DNA from: Naegleria gruberi
Lineage: Eukaryota
DNA: 64,000 nucleotides
NCBI GenBank assembly: GCA_000004985.1
Contig: GG738875.1
Reading direction: 5' to 3' (one strand)
How positions within the stretch are numbered: the first letter of the stretch is position 1; each line of letters starts with the position of its first letter. The notes beneath the pieces are model-generated. The model worked only from the letters and a program-made list of their open reading frames with translations, ran no database searches and had not been told where the DNA came from. A program made the position numbers and the translations under genes. This document shows, piece after piece, positions 43,901-53,000 of the stretch.

Positions 43901-45865
43901 AAATGTATTTCCAGTAATACATGCAAGTGTGAAAGTGGATGGAATGGAAATAACCAATGTGGAGCTTTTTCATGTGACATTCCTTCTCAACATGGAATTT
44001 GTATTGGTCCAAACACTTTCAAATGTCAAGATGGATGGACAGGACTCGAATGTGAAATTCCAATTTGTTTTGGAAAATTAGGAAATGATCCTAGAGTGTG
44101 TAACTCACAGGGAAGATGTATTTCTAATAATACATGTCAATGCAATAGTGGATGGAAAGGAAATTCTGAATGTTCTCAATTCTCATGTGATGGAATGGCT
44201 GAATGTTCTCAAAATGGTAAATGTATTTCTAATAATACATGCCAATGCAGATCAGGATGGTCTGGACCAAAATGTGATATTGTTGCATGTGATGGAGTTC
44301 AAAACTGTCATGCTAATGGTTTGTGTATTTCAAACAATACTTGCAAATGTAATAGTGGATGGGAAGGTCAATCATGTTTGGAGTATAATTGCAATGGTAC
44401 CAACAATTGTCAACCGAACGGTCTATGCATTTCGAATAATACTTGTAAATGTAATGATGAATTTGGTGGAAATGATTGTTCAATACCTTACTGTTTTGGA
44501 AAATTGGGTAATAGTGGATGTGAAGATAATGGAATTTGCTCATTTTTCAACAAGTGCTCATGTTTTCCTCTTTACTTTGGAGATCAATGTTCATGGTTAG
44601 ATTGTGATCCAACTTCAAAAGATACATCCCAAAATTCAACTAAAAGATGCTCCTCAAATGGTTATTGTGTTATGACCAGAAATAATTTGAATCAAAATTC
44701 TACCATTTGTGAATGTAATAAGGGATATAATGGTCAATTTTGCCAAAATAGTGATTCTACGAATGGATCGGGAACAATAGCTGCTATAGTTGTTACAATA
44801 CTTGTTATAATTTTGGTATTTATATTAATGATAAGTGTTGGTACTTTTATCTATGTTAAAAAGTTCAGAAACAAATATCAAGATCCAGAGAAAATGAAAA
44901 TGTTAAACAATACTACACCATCAACTTATTCAGAATCAAGTTGGTCAAATTCTCTCTCCATTCAGAATGACACTAGTTTAATAAGTAATACTCACAGTAG
45001 TATTTCATCAAAGACACATTTCAAAATTAGGGATAAAGAATACATAATGGAAAGAAAATTAGGAAGTGGTGCTAATGGTTCTGTATTTGTATTTAAGGAA
45101 ATTAATACCAATCAGCATTTTGCCGTAAAGCAAATAGAAGTAACAAATCCATTTGGTACGGAATTTAAAGAAGTCGTGAATATGTTTGAATTGACTGAGG
45201 ATTCTAATGCTCATATTGTACCAATTATTGGCTGTACAATGGTCGAGAATGGAGGATTCATTTGTATTCTCATGCCACTCTACAAGTGTGATTTGAGAGA
45301 TTGGATATATACAAATCAAAAATCAATCACAATTGATCTAATTATTGAAATTGTAAAACAAATTGCTTTAGGATTACAATATCTCCATTCCAAGAATATG
45401 ATACACAGAGATTTGAAACAAACAAACATATTCATTGCCAAAGCCAATGAAAAAGATGTATCAAAATGTGATGACTTTTTATTGTGCATTGGAGATTGGG
45501 GATCTTCCAGATCTAATTCACGATCTGGTCTGACTGTCTATGAAGGAACAATTCAATTCAGTTCTCCAGAAGCAATCATTAAGGGAGAAGTTGAACAAGC
45601 AAGTGATATTTGGAGTTTGGGATGTGTTTTCTATCAATTATTATCTGGAGATTATGAATCAATTTTGTTTAGGATTAAACAAGGCAATGATCTGGCAGAT
45701 AATGAAGTACTCTTACCAAAAATTCTTAATTTTGGTAAAAAGATGAATTACAGAGATGGAAAGGTTCAATTTTGTTTTGAATTATTGTGTGAAATGATTA
45801 GATATGATGCCAAGATGAGATTAACTGCCCATCAAATTTTAGCCAAGATTGAAAACTTTAAATAA
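40994..45865 (+). CDS. Receptor-like protein kinase, 1623 aa: signal peptide, NHL-type repeats, about 12 tenascin-type EGF-like repeats, a single TM segment and a cytoplasmic protein kinase domain.
   Basis: Hydrophobic N-terminus SIIIILILFINSIFFIHSSLASS. NHL-like blades FYIADTGNNVIRSL and LYIADTGNNAIRKI. Repeated CGTFSCDIPKPPNA.ECIGPNQYSCMNGWFGDLCNLPICFG...CSSHGKC.SNNTC.CESGWNG units. TM segment IAAIVVTILVIILVFILMISVGTFIYV. Kinase motifs GSGANGSV, FAVK, HRDLKQTNIFI, a GDWGSS DFG variant and SPE. Confidence 0.75.
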   Translation: MPPLLSFHSSSIIIILILFINSIFFIHSSLASSKTTIIKTTANNYNIKIVAGSYGNTIDSYHFPIISESPIYVQSSSSSSSVVVMEKEEDDGDEIIYLSDTQFCVVRKIQKSLSVVVAGNGICAVPGETSGLAVEFSLTSPGGVYLDESTNILYILDNGLSNSGGFVRTVDMSSGMLNTLQLTYEPAVLMLKSPTMITKNGGIFYIADTGNNVIRSLTFTGQNTAHCKVIIGAVNPDVSMSCVNVDPLSCQLSSPTSITFSSDGMIITDQQNSRFLALQNGIVYPYSLVIPTPLQIMSLGNAEYIVSNGEILYSLTQTTKNGADSTILLKDKSWPIGYFGIDSAQTNLYFMSQLPNLAVSQIVKFNIQSLGQPTVIGGAYPYTLSPNVPASSYYFNGLTQLEYVSDSEIYFASYNTDIIKFDMTAGLATRIAGNMNQPSALSKISKGLLVADTVNRLIKLIDGGGSVSTVAGTNSNGIGCPEGVQATSCELNLPSGVVGTPSILSNQYMFVIADSNANTLRMVANDFTVTTLANSVSNVRYPTGLYYTANGDLYFANTGTSQIMKLAHDNTIAVIAGTGEKGNKGDGGLAVNAALNYPTQVTVTSNGILYIADTGNNAIRKIDSNGIISTVTHNAIQGINGVATTSEGELLYADSYTVRMIQSVACINPQGQVCSNHGKCVDGQCLCESGWRGDSVCGTFSCDIPKPPNAHNCIGPNQYSCMNGWFGDLCNLPICFGIQYNNSAVCSSHGKCVSNNTCNCESGWNGNTKCGTFSCDIPKPPNAFECIGPNQYSCMTGWFGNSCELPICFGIQFNNSAVCSSHGQCVSNNTCICESGWRGDSVCGTFSCDIPKPPNGQQCIGPNQYSCMNGWFGDLCNLPMCFGIQYNSSSVCSSHGKCISNNTCNCESGWNGNKQCGAFSCDIPKPPNAFECIGPNQYSCMDGWFGDLCTFPICFGIQFNNSAVCSSHGKCISSNTCKCESGWNGNNQCGAFSCDIPSQHGICIGPNTFKCQDGWTGLECEIPICFGKLGNDPRVCNSQGRCISNNTCQCNSGWKGNSECSQFSCDGMAECSQNGKCISNNTCQCRSGWSGPKCDIVACDGVQNCHANGLCISNNTCKCNSGWEGQSCLEYNCNGTNNCQPNGLCISNNTCKCNDEFGGNDCSIPYCFGKLGNSGCEDNGICSFFNKCSCFPLYFGDQCSWLDCDPTSKDTSQNSTKRCSSNGYCVMTRNNLNQNSTICECNKGYNGQFCQNSDSTNGSGTIAAIVVTILVIILVFILMISVGTFIYVKKFRNKYQDPEKMKMLNNTTPSTYSESSWSNSLSIQNDTSLISNTHSSISSKTHFKIRDKEYIMERKLGSGANGSVFVFKEINTNQHFAVKQIEVTNPFGTEFKEVVNMFELTEDSNAHIVPIIGCTMVENGGFICILMPLYKCDLRDWIYTNQKSITIDLIIEIVKQIALGLQYLHSKNMIHRDLKQTNIFIAKANEKDVSKCDDFLLCIGDWGSSRSNSRSGLTVYEGTIQFSSPEAIIKGEVEQASDIWSLGCVFYQLLSGDYESILFRIKQGNDLADNEVLLPKILNFGKKMNYRDGKVQFCFELLCEMIRYDAKMRLTAHQILAKIENFK
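43010..44170 (+). repeat. In-frame tandem DNA repeat of about 219 bp (roughly 5 units), encoding the EGF-pair modules of the receptor kinase.
   Basis: Unit boundaries at about 43081, 43303, 43522, 43741 and 43960. The first four units are more than 90% identical; the last has diverged. These repeats produce the spurious alternate-frame ORFs at 43161..44081. Confidence 0.6.
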
Positions 45866-46090
45866 CACCCTCAATTACATTATTTGTGTGTTCATGTTTT
45901 AGATTTTATTGGTGTCTATTTCCCTTCATCCACCAACAAAGGATGATCTTTAATAGTAAGAATGTTCAAATCCTGTTCATTATTAGAAATGATAGCTGAA
46001 TATTTTCATGAACTTTTCACATCATGCTACATTGTTTCTTGGAATCAGAAATGATTGAATAAATTTTCCTTTCATTGGACACTAGCTTTT

Positions 46091-47125
46091 TTAATATTGT
46101 TTCTGGAGTCCATATTTGAAATCTTTAGTCTCAGTGGTGGTTCGGTATCGAATAATCATTTCAACGAGTAGTTCAGCAATACCCACACCATCCCTTGCAC
46201 TAGTGTGTACAATTGAGCAATTTAGGATCATGTTCTTTCTGAGAACTCGTTTCACATATAATTCCCTAGTTTTTTCATCGTGTTCTCCATATGTAATATC
46301 ACACTTTGTGAAAACAATGATTATTGGACTATTATTGACCTCTCTAATACGAACAATTCTCTGTAGCAATTTATCCAAAAAATTGTAACTGTGCTCTATT
46401 GATTTTTGATTATCCTTCGAATAATTACTCCAATAAGGTTGTGGTGGTATTGTTAGTAAAATTATATCACTAATCTGTATCATCCGATCCTGTAAGGACA
46501 CATACTCATCCATTGCATATGTATCCACAATTTCCAATTGATATTTAGCATCCGAATATCGAAACTCTTTCAAATAAGTATCCTCAATTTGCATCTCATA
46601 TGGAGAATTGAAAAATTCACCAGACAGTACTCGACATAGACTTGATTTTCCAGAACCATACTCTCCAATACAAAATATCTTACATTTCAAATCCTCAACA
46701 TTCATTTGAGAATTTTGATTAATATTACCAACACTATTCGATTCATTTTTCTTCATTATTGGAATCAATTGTTCCTCATACTGAATCTGCAACATTCTCA
46801 CTAACATGCAATAGTATCGTTTGGCTTTTTTCTTGATTTTTTCTCTAAGTTTCTTCTCTTCCTGCAGTAGAGAATGGCCAAGAAATTCCCTCTCCATCAA
46901 ACTCAACCAAAATTCATTGAAATAATTAGAAATTTCCAAAGATTCGGATAAAAAGAAGGAACAAGTGGATTGGAGTGAAAGGATGCTCTTTTTTACTTCA
47001 TCAATTTGTAGATTAATGAAATTATTTGATGAAGTGTTGGCAGTTTGATGATGAACAGGTAACAGAAAGGAAAATATTTCACGGAAAATGTCATGTGGTA
47101 AAGATAATAGTGTGAATTTTGACAT
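46091..47125 (-). CDS. F-box-like N-terminus plus a divergent Ras-superfamily small GTPase domain.
   Basis: G1 is CIGEYGSGKSS, G3 is EIVDTYAMDEY, G4 is IVFTKCDI (NKxD becomes TKCD) and G5 is HTSARDGVG. The N-terminus is LPHDIFREIFSFLL. The first ATG is at 47123-47125; the ORF-track start is a TTG. Confidence 0.55.
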   Translation of the reverse strand: MSKFTLLSLPHDIFREIFSFLLPVHHQTANTSSNNFINLQIDEVKKSILSLQSTCSFFLSESLEISNYFNEFWLSLMEREFLGHSLLQEEKKLREKIKKKAKRYYCMLVRMLQIQYEEQLIPIMKKNESNSVGNINQNSQMNVEDLKCKIFCIGEYGSGKSSLCRVLSGEFFNSPYEMQIEDTYLKEFRYSDAKYQLEIVDTYAMDEYVSLQDRMIQISDIILLTIPPQPYWSNYSKDNQKSIEHSYNFLDKLLQRIVRIREVNNSPIIIVFTKCDITYGEHDEKTRELYVKRVLRKNMILNCSIVHTSARDGVGIAELLVEMIIRYRTTTETKDFKYGLQKQY

Positions 47126-47528
47126 TTTTTTTAAGTTGTTAATTACAAGTTGGAACTTGGTTTGGAACAATGTTCATAAAAACAAACTTATGAAAATTCA
47201 TATTCTATGAATATTTACAGAGATGCCATGCCTCCTATATGTTGTTCTTGTTATTTTGCATTGTAATTCATTTATATTTGATGAAATCGAATAAAATCTT
47301 TAAACTTAAATAACATTCACCAAATAATCCGATGAAGAATTACCTGAAAAATTAGCACTGGCCTCTAAACCTGTTGTGTATAGTGTTGATTTTTTTCTGT
47401 ATTTTCAAAACCGCCAAATAGCAAACCTTAGTATTTTCCTTTTTGAGAGATTCAAGTTCTGATTGAACTTTTCTCAAAAATAATTATTCCTCAATAAAAG
47501 TCTTCCATTTTGCAAAAAAAAAAATCGA

Positions 47529-47639
47529 GATGAGCAAACTGGAAAAAACGGAAGCCAAAAAGTCAAAAATTAAGATTAAAATAGGAGGCAGTGATGGTAT
47601 AACACACTATACAACTTTTAAGGGAGCTCCCTGCTCTAC
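47529..47639 (+). CDS. Exon 1 of a small two-exon gene of unknown function.
   Basis: MSKLEKTEAKKSKIKIKIGGSDGITHYTTFKGAPCST. GTAAGT donor at 47640, phase 2. Confidence 0.4.
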
Positions 47640-47680
47640 GTAAGTTTTGATTCCTCCTTAATTCATCACACAATATTTAG

Positions 47681-47969
47681 GGAGTTAAAAGGATGGGAAA
47701 TGAAAATCACAGTTAAGGAAGATGGTTCCGTCTCGGGATCTAATAAGAATGAAGGCAGTTCCGCTAAAAAGACCTATAGTGGAACGTTTAAGAACGGTTA
47801 TTTGAATGTGGTTTCATCTTTTTCCGATGGAAAACAATTTAATTACACTGGTTTTATTTCGTTGAGTGATTCAAAAGCAAAGTTGGATTTCACGTGTATT
47901 TCTGGAGGCGTTGGATGTAGTGTTGGTGATAAAGGGTATTCTACTGGAAAATTAAAGGTTGATACTTGA
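47681..47969 (+). CDS. Exon 2 of the small gene, giving about 133 aa in total. Gly/Ser-rich, probably beta-rich.
   Basis: The 41-nt intron 47640..47680 ends in tttag. Exon 2 (ELKGWEMKITVKEDGSVSGS...) is in frame with exon 1. Confidence 0.4.
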
Positions 47970-48228
47970 GAATTACTAGTAAAGCCATTAGTTGAAAGTA
48001 ATTGTCTCCTTAATTCCAATATCAAACTCAATGAACTACCACTAAAACTTTTCTGTTAATATTTCCCGCCAAGAAAAAATCCACTTTTATGCAGCAAAAA
48101 AAATGCCAGAAATTCGCTGATAATCCACCTGCTGGTGGAAAACGCGTCTTCGCCTTTAAATATTCTCGCGTTTTGTGATGGAATTTCCAACAACAAAAAA
48201 CAACAATAACAATAATAATAACTAAGAA

Positions 48229-49797
48229 ATGTCAAGCAGCAGACCAACAAGAGAAAGAAGATTACCGATTCATTTGGAAGATTATATCGTTGGTGAATTA
48301 GATTTACGAAAGAATTATGAAAAGGAAGAAAAGAAGAAACAAAAATTATTATTAAAGAAGAAGGCTGAAATTTCAAAGAAGGAACAAGCTGAAAAGAGAA
48401 AGAAAGAAGCAATGGAAGCAACAAAGAAAAAGAAGGAAGCTGTTAAAAAATCTATTAGAAAAAAGCCTACTTCATCATATTATACTTCATCTTCAACAAC
48501 AATTTCTAAAAGATCTTCATCTGCAATTACACCATATACAGATTATACTAATCCAAAATTTAAAGTTTTTACATCAACATCTGAAGCAAGAAACAAATTA
48601 ATTGAAAAAACACCTGGTAATAAGATTTTAAAAGGGTCAGATGATGCTTCTAAATGGTCAATGTCAAAATTAGATACATCAATTAGATACAAATCACTTA
48701 ATATTTCAGATATTTTAAGTGGATGTTATTATGTACCAGGTAATAATCACAAATTAGATACAACTGGTAGTGATAGAGTACCTGCAGTTCAAATTTGTTT
48801 TTCATTTGATACAACTGGTTCAATGTCTTCATATTTAAATAATTTGAAATTTAAATTACAAACTATTTGTCAACAATTAATGAATGATGTTAGAGGTTTA
48901 GAAATTGCAATTATTGCACATGGTGATTATGAAGATTCTAAAGATACTGGATCATATTGCTTATACAAATTAGATTTTACAACAGATATCGAACAAATTA
49001 TTTCATTTGTTCAATCAATTAATTCAACAAGTGGTTATGATGGTGATGAATGTTATGAAGCTGTTTTATTAGAAGCTCAATCTTTATCTTGGGTTAATGT
49101 TGAAAATACATTTACAAATAGATCACTTGTTGTAATTGGTGATGCTGATCCTCACAAATCAACTGAATGGTTTAATATTGATTGGAAACAAGAAACAAGT
49201 AATTTATTTGATAATCATCATGTTAAAATTCATAGTGTTAGATGCGGTTCATCTTCATGGTCAACAAAAGATTTTTACAAAACAATTTCAGAAGAAACAG
49301 GTGGATCTGAATATTTATTAGATACATTTGAAAAAACAATTGAAATGTTTTGTGGATTAATTTATAGAGAAGCTGCTGATAATATTATGATGAATGATAC
49401 AACAATGCAAGCACATATTGATGGTGCAGTTTCAGGTGAAGTTACAATTGTTAAACCAACAATGTCTTCAAGTGATAAGATGATTGATGATGGTGAAAAG
49501 AGTGATGATATTACATCATTAGGTTCATATATTGTTACAGATGATGATATTTTAAAGATTCACACTGCAATTCATAGTACTTGTACAGAAGTTAAAATTA
49601 ATGGTATTGAATTTGCAATTCAAATGAATGAAAGTTCATGTAGATTTGTAAGAGTTGATGGAGTTGTCTATATTGAACAAAATAAGGAAAAGAAGACTAA
49701 GTATGCCAAGATGGCTCTCGAAGGAAAGAAATTAACTTGGATTTGTCATGCTGGTAATTGGGGTCTTATCATTGATGATAAAATTGAAAAGAGATAG
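48229..49797 (+). CDS. von Willebrand factor A (vWA) domain protein with a Lys/Glu-rich N-terminus.
   Basis: MIDAS-like motif in VQICFSFDTTGSMSSY (DxTGS). A beta-alpha vWA core follows: LEIAIIAHGDYED...GYDGDECYEAVLLEA...SLVVIGDADPH. Codon usage is strongly A/T-ending (tta, aaa, ggt, tca), unlike several neighbouring genes. Confidence 0.65.
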   Translation: MSSSRPTRERRLPIHLEDYIVGELDLRKNYEKEEKKKQKLLLKKKAEISKKEQAEKRKKEAMEATKKKKEAVKKSIRKKPTSSYYTSSSTTISKRSSSAITPYTDYTNPKFKVFTSTSEARNKLIEKTPGNKILKGSDDASKWSMSKLDTSIRYKSLNISDILSGCYYVPGNNHKLDTTGSDRVPAVQICFSFDTTGSMSSYLNNLKFKLQTICQQLMNDVRGLEIAIIAHGDYEDSKDTGSYCLYKLDFTTDIEQIISFVQSINSTSGYDGDECYEAVLLEAQSLSWVNVENTFTNRSLVVIGDADPHKSTEWFNIDWKQETSNLFDNHHVKIHSVRCGSSSWSTKDFYKTISEETGGSEYLLDTFEKTIEMFCGLIYREAADNIMMNDTTMQAHIDGAVSGEVTIVKPTMSSSDKMIDDGEKSDDITSLGSYIVTDDDILKIHTAIHSTCTEVKINGIEFAIQMNESSCRFVRVDGVVYIEQNKEKKTKYAKMALEGKKLTWICHAGNWGLIIDDKIEKR

Positions 49798-50010
49798 GAA
49801 ACCAATCCTTAAAAACCATAGTCGAGTGTAAATAAAACTAATCTAAAATCAAATTATTTATTGAATTGTGGAATTCTAGAAGATTAAGGTCGTACCAACG
49901 AAACTGCCCAACAAGAGAACAGTTTAAATGAAAGGGAGAATGTCTTGAATTCTTTGAGAGCCAATTCCTTGCATGGTTCAACTATCAAACGAAAAATAAA
50001 TAAAAGTGGT

Positions 50011-53000
50011 TTATTGGGCTTTTCTTGGTTCAATAACGAGAGACTTCTTGTGAAGTTCATCATCATTGGTGATAATTCCTTCAAAGATTTGTTCTTTAAG
50101 AACATATTGAAGGTAAGGAATAGGTTCTAAACGATACAAGTTGGAACAACTTTGTAAATCCTTTACAGTTTGAATAGTATTATAGTAAATTCTTCTCTTT
50201 TGATAATTAATGAGTTTCTTGTTTGGATTCTTAGGGTGATTAAATTCATCAGGATTACCATCAGAAGTGAAGGTCAAATCAGTTTGGAAGATACCAATAA
50301 ATGGAACGATTGGAGTATTATTGTTAACAATGGTATTCTTCAAATTTTCTCTCAATTTGATACGATTGTTAGCATGTAAGTCATCAAAGATCTTAAAGAT
50401 GTTGGCATCGTCTTGTGAGAGAACTTTTCTTGTTTCTTTCAATCTATAAACAGGAACAGATTGCAAACCTGAAATAATGGCAAAGAAGGCACTATAGTTA
50501 TTCAATTCATAAGTTTCCTTAGCAATTTCAACAAACTTCTTAAACAATGCCTTTCTAATTTCGGTATTTGACTCTGTCAAGATTGTAGTTTGAACCCAGT
50601 AACTGATATTGTTTACACGGTCAGTCAATGAAGAAATGTGAGGAGCCAATTCATACTTGTACTTGATATCACTCCATGCAGAGTTATAGAATTCGTTTGC
50701 TTCAATCTTCTTAAAGATCTTCAAATCAATAATAGTTTCTTGTCTAGCAATTTCAGTAGCTGGCCAACTCAACAAGTTGAATTGAATATTGTAAGGATTA
50801 GGCATGCCTTCATTAATGTATTTGGACTTTTGAATCTTCCATTGGTTAAGAGAGATTTCTGGTTCTTTCAACTTTTCAATTGGAACACCTTTAGGAATCA
50901 TGACAGTGTTAGATTGGCCATGATGACTGGTTGAACCGGATTCATCCTTCTTGAAACTAAGCAAGTTTTGAACAAGAGTCTTTCTAATCTTCTTCAAAGT
51001 TGGGTGAACCCTCTTTGCACCATCCTCTTGTTGTTTCTTTCTGATTGGTTGGGCAATTTCTTCAAAATAGTGCGCATAAAGAGCAACAGCTTCATTGTCA
51101 AGAGCATGGAAAGCTTCCTTGAGGAGTTCATTCATTGCTTGTTCAATGTAGAGACGAACAGTGTTATTCTTGATAACAGATCTGTAGACTCCCATAAGAC
51201 GATTCATCAGAGAACGTGCTGTGGTGAATGATGAGAAGGTATTGAGGAAGGTAGAATGGAAAACACCTCTCAATTCAGTTTCACCTTCCAATGTTAGCAT
51301 TCCTACGAATTTTTCCACCAACTTCTTCAATGTACCAGATGAAATTGTACTACGCTTAATATCAACATTGACATCTTCTGGTTCATCTTCCAAATCAACT
51401 TCACTCTCAAAGTTAAGAACATAAGAAAATGGTTCCAAGAGCAAAGCCATACATTCCTTTGAGATTTGAATAGACTCACCAATAGCCTTATCACCCATCA
51501 GTTCTTCAGTGTACAAACTACAAGCTCCCAAAAGCCATCTCCACTTTTGTTCAACCTTACGTTTTTGGGCGTAAGGAACTCTGTCCTTCTTTGGAATTGT
51601 TAGGTCATATAAATCTGGACAGACAAGACTGTGGTTAAAGCTAGTAAGGAATGGATGCAAACAATCTTGGAATATGAGAGACACAACCTTGAATTCATCC
51701 TTCATAGTCAATTGGAAAATCATGTTAAATATCAATCTTGAAATTGAACGCAAAAGCAAGGATTTGACTGGAGTCATTGTCTTGGTATTTCTGGTGATTT
51801 CTAGTTTTGAAATGACTTGGACATATTCTTCCTTGTTAGCCAAGAGCTTATCTATTGGATATTTAACATTGATATTTTCAAAGATTTGATTGAGAACATT
51901 CTTCTCAGTGATCTTGCTGAGGATATAATTAACAGACAAAACTGTTTCGATACGAATATTTCTTTGTCCTCCCTTCTTCCTTTCTTTTGGAATGGATGAA
52001 GAATAATCGAGGTGATGTACAGACATGACTACATAGTCTAAGAATGAAATACAATTGATCATCACGTGTAGAGGAGCTTGAGTCCACCATTGGATGAGTC
52101 TTTGTTCTGAGAGGTTTCTCAAAACCCAAAGAAGACAGAAAGAGGTCAAGATGTAAAGTTCATCATTGTGGAACATTGTAAGGTATTCTTCCTTATCCAT
52201 ATATCTGTCAACAAAATACAAGAAAATTTCTGCAATAGCGGCTCTCTTGGATGTATCTTGATATCTTGAATCAAAGTCAATCTTGCAGAATAAATCTAAC
52301 AAGTATTTGCCAACTTTGAGCATGAGCTTTTCATTATTAGTTTCAATGGTGGCAAAGAAAACATCAAATAAGTGTCTAACCATAAAGTTTCCTTCTTGCA
52401 ATTGCAAACTGTTGAGTGGAATGAAATAGTCATAGTCGCACAAAATGGCAACAAACTCTGACTTTAATCTCAAAAGTGCTTCAGTACTAGCATCTCCTGA
52501 AAGACAATCCATATAGTGCTTGACAATATCAATATAGTATTCTCTATCAATGAATGGAATTAAATCTCTAATAAACAATGCCAAGTTTCTGTTACTATTC
52601 AAACCAATATTTTGTCTACCTGAACCACTAGAAGACAATAATTTCTTTGTACGAGAACAGAAGTGATGCATTAATTGTTTGACCTTTCTCACAAAGTATT
52701 CTTGAGAAAGTGGATGTTCATCATTCCACCCATATCCATCGTTAGACTTATTCAAATACCAACTGTCCTTGATGGTGAGACAATCCAAAGAATCAGTCTT
52801 GATACACAATGTCAAACTCTTAATAATAACATCAAAGATAAACCAAGAGAAACGGAACGGATCGTGTTCAGTCAAATTGTTAGTAACAAAGTAGTGTTTG
52901 GTTGGTTCTTGCAAAATCTTTGTCAATTCTTCCAAATAGTCAGTAAAGACACGAGTTAAAACTGAATAAATTGGATAACCTCTATTCATTTCGTCAAAGA

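Noticed and set aside
43161-44600. ORF-track entries in alternate frames inside the receptor-kinase EGF array (43161..43379, 43389..43598, 43599..44081, 44085..44600).
   Set aside because: They are frame-shifted readings of the 219-bp tandem repeat nested within the 40994..45865 CDS. Their mutual similarity reflects the repeats and not genes.
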